A stretch of DNA of 64,000 nucleotides from Octopus bimaculoides (taxonomy: Eukaryota). The notes under the pieces are model-generated. The model ran no database searches. It was not told the DNA's origin and saw only the letters and a list, made by a program, of their open reading frames with translations. Below are positions 50,201 to 60,500 of this stretch, piece after piece; within the stretch, counting starts at the first letter, position 1; every line of letters begins with the position of its first letter. The DNA is taken from contig NC_068982.1 in assembly GCF_001194135.2 (NCBI RefSeq), positions 124,116,368 to 124,180,367 of the forward strand, written 5' to 3'. Both the position numbers and the translations under genes were made by a program.

Positions 50201-53200
50201 NNNNNNNNNNNNNNNNNNNNNNNNNNNNNNNNNATATATATATATATATAATTGATGAAGGAAATGGAAGATGGATTTAGTATGAATCTTTATTCACCAT
50301 AACGGCCATTTCAACCTATTCTGCAGGTGTCCCGTTGGGGTAGGATATTTTGCCTCTGGTTGTGTTGCATCAATTAGTGCAGGCTGTGTCACTTCAGGTG
50401 CTTGGTGTGAAAAAAGATATCCCACTAAATATACTGAGTTCTCTTTGGCAAATTGTTCTTGCTCATTGTACGTTGGTGCACAGACAGAAGGTAGAATAAT
50501 TTGGGGGTTGCAGGATGACATCAGGTAACCCAAACAGTGAATGTGCTTTAACTGGCATACTAATAGACATATAACCAAAGTCCAAATAGTTACACATGCA
50601 CGCACGCATCCACAAATATATGGTGGTTATCTACTCTGTATGCAGAGTCTGACCACCTCTTGTACTTGTACCTTAGATCCCTCATGGCGTCTGATGTGGC
50701 TTTTTAAACCAGACAATGTATTGAAAAAACACCCACATAGATTGCATATCTAATTTGGACCACCAAGAGCTGCAGTTAAGTTCTGATCTTTGTAGATTTT
50801 AAAATGTCTTTTGAGGCCTCCGTTAGATTTGCAGACCTTATGGCATACACAGCATTGACAGGTGTGCTCAGATATATAGGCAGAGTAGTTGGTAGAGGAA
50901 CACTTCAGTAGTTAACAGCCATCCAACAAATGTGTAAATATGTGTATATCATTTTATATATTCTTATATATGTATATAAGTATATTTTTCCTTTTTCTCC
51001 TATATATATATATATATATAATTTATATTTAAATCTTATTTTATTTATATTTTTAAATTATATATATATAAACATATACTAGTTTCTATCTAGCTGGTAT
51101 CAAATTAATGTACCATCATCATATATCATATATCATATATGAAAGACATTCTTTTTTTTACTTTCAGTATAATTCACAGATCATTGATCTTGACAGAGAA
51201 AAGAGTGTTCTGCGCCAAGAAGTAAGAAAAACATATTCTTTCTGTATTGGATTTAAATCTCTTTCATGCATTGTTCTATTCCACTAAAAACTGCTGCATT
51301 CATTAAGGCCACTATCAAACTTTAGAAACAGTTCACACTTCCTATTTTACATCCTTATTCTTAGATCTAACCAGTACTTTCTTGTATAGATGGGAAGATT
51401 TAAAAATATGTTTTACATCAATAAATATGACAAAATTTCTCTTCTTGCTGTAAGATTGATGTATTCTAATTAGCCTTGTTTTGTATGGGAACCTCAGATT
51501 TTACCTGGTCTTTTTATCAAATGCAGAGAAATATAAGAAAGAAAATTATTTTTACCATAAAGCATCAAGTTCAGTTTTTTTTTTACTATATTTCTCATCT
51601 TTACTATGTTTTATTTTGTAATAGTACTTGTATTTGTACAATTTTATACTTCTAGAATGATCAAATGAGACAGGACATCAGTGACTATAAAATGCAGCTA
51701 CAATCTCAAAGAGATAATTTATTGCATCAGAAAGAAGGAGATCTGGAATATAAAGAAAAAGTATTACAAAAGAATCGACAGCTTGGTGAGGCAATGGAAG
51801 AATTACAGGTTTAAGTATCTCTACTTTGAAGTCCTTTTATTCTAATACTTTCTTTCCTTGAACTGCTGCTCTCTGGAACTTACTACTACCGTCTTGTTTC
51901 CTTCTGGTCTATGATACTCAATCCTTCAAGTTTTAAGTCAAGTAACATCTTTTGAATTTATAAGCCCCTTCTTTGTAGTCTCTTATGCTTCAGTGGTCTC
52001 AAGCCTTGTTTGGGACAAAATCATATTTAAAAAAAATATAGATAAAATAATATGATATACTGCAGAGTTGAAAAATGATTAATTTAAAGAGGCTTTCATA
52101 CTTTGTTAAAATACTTTGTCATTAATGACGTTTTGTTATAATGCAAATAAAAATATAAAATGGAAACCATGAAAAGTAACAAAAAATTTTCTTTGATCAC
52201 AAAACTAGTTTTGAGAAGGGTACCATTGTTTCTGTCCCTTAAAACAACCATCTTGGTCTACGGAATGAGACTTTGCCATGATTTTTAATTCTGTATATGA
52301 GGATAGATATTGTGGTAATTTGCAATTAAAAAAAAATCGTACTTTTTTCATTCCTACCCTCATCAAGAATATGGTATCAAAGACATGACAGTGTTTAATT
52401 GAGAATCTAATTAACAATCTGCTTGATAATTATTTCTCTTCCACGTTAGTATCCATGAACAATGTTCGAATTTTGAAACAGCTAAAACAGAAGCAGTACC
52501 TAATGCATCTCTCTTAGAAACAAATCTCATACCCCTTTCTCTAATCTATATCGATTTATTTCTTGGCGCTGTTGATTGCTCCTACTTTTCTTGAAATAAG
52601 ACAAATGACATAATTTCAGATTTCTATTTTCATTTACACAGAATTTAACTGATGCTAATGAAGAACTGAAAGAGCAAGTTGAAAAACTGACCAAAAAGTT
52701 GGCAGAAGCTGTCAAGGATATTGATCAAACAACTGAAGATTATTTAAGACTTAAGGTAATTTATATTAAAGTTATACTCTTAACAATTGTTTGGAAATTT
52801 GGTAAAGAAATCAAAACATTTTCTCATATCTTCCATTCAGTGTTATATATTCAAATATATTTGAAGGAAGTTCCTATCAGTGTATGAATAAATTTATGCA
52901 ATGGCTGAGTAAAACTTTAAATAAAATCCTTGAGATAAATACTCAATGCAGTAATATTATTGTTCTACTGTCCACTGTTGTAATTTCACTATCTATTGTG
53001 GAATTAACTTTGTATTATTCAAAGTTAGAATGGCCCTGCGGTCTCATATCATGCTCAAAAGTTCATCAGGAGTCATGTTTATCTGAATAGATTCAAGGAA
53101 CATGTTTATGTGCCTCATCAAAATACTTTGGCTTGTGATTGAAGACTACAAACAATAGACATGTTCAATTTTGAAGTACATCAATGAAGGATAGTTAGCG

Positions 53201-56200
53201 TTTGCTTCATGCCACACTAAAAGACAGTTCATTTTTACTGCTATGGGAAAATGATTTTTCAAAGTTAATGTGAAAGCCTAGAATATATATTTGCCACTTC
53301 AGTCAACAACCAAATACATTACAAAAGTAAATATAAAAGACATTTAAAAAATAGAAAAAAGTCATCATAGAATGTAATGCTGAGAGGAAATATAATTGAT
53401 TGAACATTCAAATTAAATGCAAAATCTGCATGGTAATTGATTTTGTGTTGCTTAACTTTGGTGGTTGGACAGAAGCTGGTGATTTGAAAGTAATATAGCC
53501 ATTATTGATTTTTTTGTCTTCAGTTCCTTAGTTGTAACTATTCTATGCATAATTATTTCCAGAAACTATTCCATACATAAATATCTGTAAGGGTTGACTA
53601 TAATATTTATCTAATATCTATTTGTACAGAAAATTGTTGATGATGGTGATAATATCAATGATAGATTGAAAGAAGAGAATATAATAATGAAAAGCCAGGT
53701 TGGTTTAAATATTTTTCTGAAACTATAAAAAATATGTGAAAATATGTACATCTACCTCCAAATTGCTGACTTTGTGCCAAAATTTGAAACTGATATATCT
53801 TATAAATAAATAAATATATAAATAGATAAATAAATAAATATATATATATACATGTATAAGGGATGACCACTAGGTGGACATCCAGTCCACCTAATGGTCA
53901 TCTCTTATACACGTGTAGTACAATTTTTTCTGAATTTTCAGATTTTTTTATATGCTAGGCCACTTGGTTTTAAATTGAATTAATATTCAATTTATCACTC
54001 TATCTATAAATATATATATATACATGTATAAGGGATGACCACTAGGTGGACATCCAGTCCACCTAATGGTCATCTCTTATACNNNNNNNNNNNNNNNNNN
54101 NNNNNNNNNNNNNNNNNNNNNNNNNNNNNNNNNNNNNNNNNNNNNNNNNNNNNNNNNNNNNNNNNNNNNNNNNNNNNNNNNNNNNNNNNNNNNNNNNNNN
54201 NNNNNNNNNNAAGGGACATTTTTCTTTTTTCTGTGTGTGTCGCTCTTTCTCTCAAGGTCACTATTCCTAATGATCCCAGATCAAAATTCGGGAATACAGA
54301 AAAATAGCATTCGGTGAACACATCAACATTTGTGCAATTAACAAACAACCCAGTTTCAGAATTTTTCCTCTCTATAAATTCAGGGACGAGGTCACCTATA
54401 ATCAGCACATTAGCAAAGAGTCATATTTTATCTCAAAATATGAACCACTTTTGAATGCATCCACCACAAATGACACTACTACAAGGGCCTTAGAATAATA
54501 CCTACACAAATATTAAAAACGATAGATCCAAAACTGTCACTACCCATGAATTTATTCAGAACAATTTCAATCACTACTATTACAACCACAACAGGTCACT
54601 TAATCATTTAAGAGGATTCCACCAACATCCTAGTACTGTCATACCACCCCCGTATTTTACTTATTCTTTCTCTTCTTTTCCTACTCCCTCTTCTTCTTCT
54701 TCTTCTTCTTCTTCACCACCTCCTTCCTCGGCTACTGCTGCTTAAACAATCAAAACCAAGAATTCATATCAAATATTCTTTTAGGACTGCTACTACCTAC
54801 TACCAAGCCTTCACAAGAGTAAAAAAGAGAGAGAGACAGACAGACAGAAAAAAGGAAAAATTACTTTGTATTTGAAAATGATGGAAATATTTTAATAAAA
54901 CATTTCATTTAATTTTTCCACAATTTAATTGTTTTTCATGCTTGAAAAAGTTGCAAAGACTGAAACTGGTACTAGAATGTTCTTCATGATAAAATTATTT
55001 TAGCATTTTCTACCTTGTCTTATTTTGCTTATACATATCAACTCATGTGTTTCTTTTCAACCTTCTACACACGCCCCCCCCACACACATGTACCCACCCA
55101 TGCCAGCATGGAAGGCGGATGTTAAATGATGATGACATACATACATACATACATGCATGCATGCATGCATGCATGCATACATACATACATACATACATAC
55201 ATACATACATACATACATTAATTAATTAAAATAAGTACCAGTTGAGCTCTGGGGTCGATGTAATTGACTTACTCCATCTCCTGAAACTGCTGGCCTTGTG
55301 CCAAAATTTGAAACCAATATTGATATTTATCTGTCTTATGCGATATTAAATTAAAATATGCCTATGGAGAATGTTGCAATGTTTTTTATTTCTTTTTTTT
55401 TCACTTTGATATGTATTTATTTTTTCAGCTTACTGATTTGATGGAGAGATTGCAAGTCAGATCAGATTCTGATGATTCTGTCATGTTAGCAGTGAATGAA
55501 AAAGTGAACGAATGGAGGGTAAATAATTATTCATTGAATTTTACCAAACATTGTTCTTTATAATGACTGTTTTATAGACATGTTGAGAAATGAAATTCTC
55601 AGTCATTTTCTACTGCATATTTGCCATTATATTAAATATTATAACCAATGTTTTTTCTTCTACAAATGATTTAATATTTCTTTTTTTTTTACTCATCTGT
55701 AAAGTATGTTAGCTATGAATTCATAATAAGTTAATTATATACTTCAATTTTTACTTAATGATGAGTTTGATCTCAGTATTACTGCAACAAGTCAATTGGA
55801 ACCCACCAATTTATTCTTTAGGTTTTTTTTTTTAATGTTTACGTCCATATTTCCATTTCTAGAATGATGTTTTCAAATTTAGACATTTTCATATTGCTTG
55901 GACAAAATATTTTTATAGTTGGATACTCCTCCACTTTCTACTAATTACTTAATCATTAAGATGTTAAAATGAAATCTGTTGTTAGTTAGATTGATTGGTA
56001 GAACAAACTGAAATTGTGTGCTCTTAGGCCACCTTGGCTATTACTAAGTTTAAATTGTGGACCATTTCAATACCCTAGAAGCTTAACTTCATAGCCTGAA
56101 CCAACAAGGGAGTTCTCAGAAATAGAGATTGAATATTCCTTTCAAATCACACTCCACTGTATTAAAAAATAATATATTAGACATTGTGGTTTGGGTTCCT

Positions 56201-57504
56201 TGAACATAGGTAAAAGATAGGCTCATTCTAGTTGGGATGTCTTTCATTGTATGGTGCTGGATTGGAAGACATTATTAGAGCATCTGGGGAAATTCCTTGT
56301 AGTATTTGTTCTGGCTCTTTGCATTTTTAGTTCAAATGCTGCTGTTACATTCCTTAGGTGTAGACTTAAGCTGTTAGTAAAATAAGCTTCATAAATAATT
56401 ATCTGGAGAATTTTGTTCTTTTACAGAAAATTCTTACAGAAAAAGACCAAGACATCATCAGTTGTCAAGAAGAAATCATGCATCTTCGTAAACAGCTGGA
56501 AGCAGTAAATTTAGATGCTGATCGTGCCTCATTAGTTGCTCTGACAAAGGTAATCCGTGTGCATTATATGCTGTTTGATTATGATTATGGTGTGTTCTGA
56601 TGTATCAAGTTTGAATTTCTGTTAAAAGCAATGTGTTTTGAAAACAAAACCAACTGTAAACGTTTTTATATTTAATAATTTCTTAGCATTTGCATTAGTA
56701 TGGCTTAATAAGTTAATATGAAGGCAGAAAATGAAGGTTCAATCTTAAATGTTTTGCTGTTCTTTCATTTAATGTTTTATTCTACAACCATGTGGTTTAG
56801 GGCTCACTGTGAAGTAGGGTGGGCTGATGACTTCTGCTACAATCTACTGATGACTATACCTTGTGGGTGGAATTGGTAGATAGAAACTGAATTAAGTCCA
56901 TTGTATATGTGTATATGTAGGCATGCATGTGTGTGTGCATGTGAGAGGGAGAAAGTGTCTTCTTATTTTCTTCACATTGTTTGTATGCTGTGTAAACAAT
57001 AGATGATGTTTTGATTTACATCTGCTGCAAAAACAGGTCTGGCAATTGAGCTGTTTGTTGTTTGGAAGACTTGGGGAAATAGCACCTTATTTGGAAAGAA
57101 GTGAGTGTTGGTGACAAGAACAGTATCTAGTTAGAGAAAAACCATGTCTAAGTGAATCTTATCTGATCCATGCTAGCGTTGAATAAGTAGATGTTAAAAC
57201 TATAAAACTATGATGATGATTTATGAAATCATCCTGTCAATAATGAACTAACACCTGCTTTTCACAAATATTTTCCTTAAATTTATCCAATGTATATGTG
57301 TGTGTGTGTGTGTACGTATATAAAACATCAGAATGAAAGTATAACAATGGGATACTTACTGATTAGCAGGATACATGTGTCTATGTGATACTGAGCCTCT
57401 AACATGCTAATTCAACAAGCATGTAGCTTAGTTAATCAAACAACTGAATAGTCATCTTTATAACCAACAAGGATCCATTTTTCTTAGGTTTACTCTATGT
57501 ATTT

Positions 57505-57544
<40 letters not shown>

Positions 57545-60500
57545 TTTGTTTTTCAGTAAACTGTTGCATGAATTGTTCATTTATTACTTTAGGTGGTAGA
57601 AGAACGAGATCAACAGATTTATGATTTGACTGAAGAGATACAGAATCTAACAACTGAAATGAATGCAAATGCAGCCATTATGGAAGATTTGAAGAATGAC
57701 CTGAGCAAAAGTAAGCTAACCTTAAAATAATTGACATTTAAATCCAATATATGCTATTGAGGCAGTAATAATTGATATATCATACTTAATTTATCATCAT
57801 CATTGATAGGCCAACGACTAAATCTATGTATTATACTCGCACTGGATTAACCATTAAGCAAAATAAGCATGTACTTAAGGCATCAAGGGAAAGTGGGGCA
57901 CCACAGAAATGGTAAATGGTTTACAGCACAAAAGAAATTACTTTAAACTTGCTAATATAATATTTGAAGTGGTTTATGTGATTGGAAATATAATTTTGAA
58001 GTGTTCTTTGTGTCATAGTGTGAGGATCTGATCATAGATTTTGCAATTAAAAAAAGTAGGAGAAATCGTTTCAAATATAAATTAAGTGGAACATTATTTT
58101 CCATCTTACTGTTAGTTTTGCTTTGTCTTGAAAAACTGAAATTTATTTTATAGTTTATTATTGTTTATATTTTGAATTACATATAGAAGGGAACACTAAA
58201 ATCTTTTAAGTGCTTAGGGCCTCAATGGGTCTTAATCCAGCCCTGATCATGCTTAATGTATACACATTGTCGACAGGCCAATTACTGCAGCATTCATCCT
58301 TAGATAACATCTCTTATGGATGTGTTATATTAAAAACACAATATCAAAGGAAGATGAGAAAAATCAACCCAGCAATGTCCAGCAAGAACACCTGCTGTAT
58401 CTAATCCCTTTTGAGCTTTTTCATTGACATCTAGACTGGCTATGAGTACATACTTTGTCTTTAATGACATTTGCTGATAATGTTAAGAAAAATCATCATC
58501 ATCATCATCATCATTTAACGTCTGCTCTCCATGCTGGCATGGGTCAGACGGTTTGACTGGAACTGATGAGTTTGAGAGCTGCACAAGGTTCCAGTCCAAT
58601 TTGGCATGATTTCTACAGCTGGATGTCCTTCCTAATGCCAATCACTCCAGGAGTGTGATGATGTGAAAAATAACCAAAATTCTTCTTTGATCACAAAACT
58701 AATTTTGAAAAGAGTACAGTTGTTTTTATTACTTAAAACGGTCCTCTTAGTATGATAATATGATACATTGATGGCTGACATTTAAATTTCTGTCATTCCT
58801 CTTCATCATTTTAGGTTTATTCTTTGATACTGGTATGGGTTGGATAGGTAATCACAGCATCACACTCTGTCTGGCAGTCCTTTGTTGTCTGGCACATGTC
58901 GCAAAAAGGAAAATCTAACCATCTTGTTGTGTGTATCATGTTTCTCTAAGACTGGATGCCTTTCTGATCACAAACCAATTTATAGCATGGAGTGGGTACA
59001 TCTTATACCATTGGCATTAGAAAGAATGAGTTGCAGAAGTAAAAAGTTTTCTGTATTCTGTTTGAATGTCTTATCTGACAAGTTACTTGTGGATAAGTTG
59101 CTAGTCATTCTTTTATGGGTAACATTCTCAGATGAGATGCTGTGCTTGAGAAGACATGGCAGCTAAGTAAAATTGTGATTGTACTTGCATACAGGCATAT
59201 CCCCTGCATCCCTCTCTAGTTGAGCATTCCTAATGTTGTGGGCTTGGGGGTGCTGGTGCCACATAAAAAGCACTTGTGCCAGTGCCATTTAAATGCATCC
59301 ACTGGTGTTAGGAAAGGCGTCCAACCATAGAGACCATGCCAAATCAGACATGGAGCCCGGGCAGCTCTTCAGCTGGCCAACTCCATGTCAAACCATCCAA
59401 CCCATGCCAGCATAGAAAATGGACATTAAATAATGATGATGATGATTTTATATTTTTTAATGAGCTACACAAATTGTCTGTATAATTTGTTTAATGTCTT
59501 CTGATAACTTGTTCAAATTATTTATCTTTGCAGAACCAAAAGACCATTTACATAAAAAATTGAAAGAACTTGAAATTCAGATGTTAAATAAAGATAAGCT
59601 TTTGAAAGATGCTGAAAAATTAGTCAAAGAGGTTTGTTAAATCAAATTATATATTTTTATGTGGGTTTATTTTAAGATACCAGTTTTTTTTTTTTTTTAA
59701 TAAATATTCACTTATCATCTTAGTTCTTAGATTTAATGTTATACAGGCTACAGTTTATAACAAAATTACAACCATTTTCACATAGGTTTTATTACATCAT
59801 TATCATAAATAGCTTAATTATTTTTCTTGAACTGTTCAGCCTTTGGATTCATGTACATTTAGTAACAGACTTTCTTTTAATGAAATACTTTAATGGAATA
59901 CTATATTTTTAGAATAGAAAATGAAATATATTTGCTAGCTTGTGCATATTGTATTGAATAATTCACCCAGTCGGGTGTAACATAGCTCAAAATAGAATAC
60001 AGAAAAAGGGAATGAATAGAAATTTCCGAAAGCAAAACTAAAATGATAGATCTTTAATTTCATCTTCTTTGATAATGCATTTTAAAATATATATGCTGGA
60101 TGATTTTCTGAAAGAATTATAATTATATTTGGAATATTAAATTTGGAACATTCAAGAAGCTGATGACATGGATTATACCCTTTCCAAATATTAATAAGGT
60201 ATTATAATATGATTGTACAATATTACAATCATGATATTATAATATGTACTAGTCTAGGTCATTGGGCAGTTGTTTATCTCAGATTATGTTTTTACACTGA
60301 AAGGAATACATTTTTCATTGAAGTAAGATTTAATAAAACCAATATTTCTAAAAAATGTGTACTCTTCTCTAGGCTGAAAATGATGCACTTGAGAAAGACA
60401 AACTGCTGGTCGATGCTTTAGAAAGAATGCGTCAATATGAATCTGTGAGTATTCAATTTCTGCAAATATATATATTTCAATAAATTGTCATATGCATGAT

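Noticed and set aside
51516-51560. Possible counterpart of the CEP290 basic microexon (tgcag|AGAAATATAAGAAAGAAA = RNIRKK)
   Set aside because: An acceptor-like CAG and basic codons are present, but no GT/GC donor follows at any frame-preserving distance.
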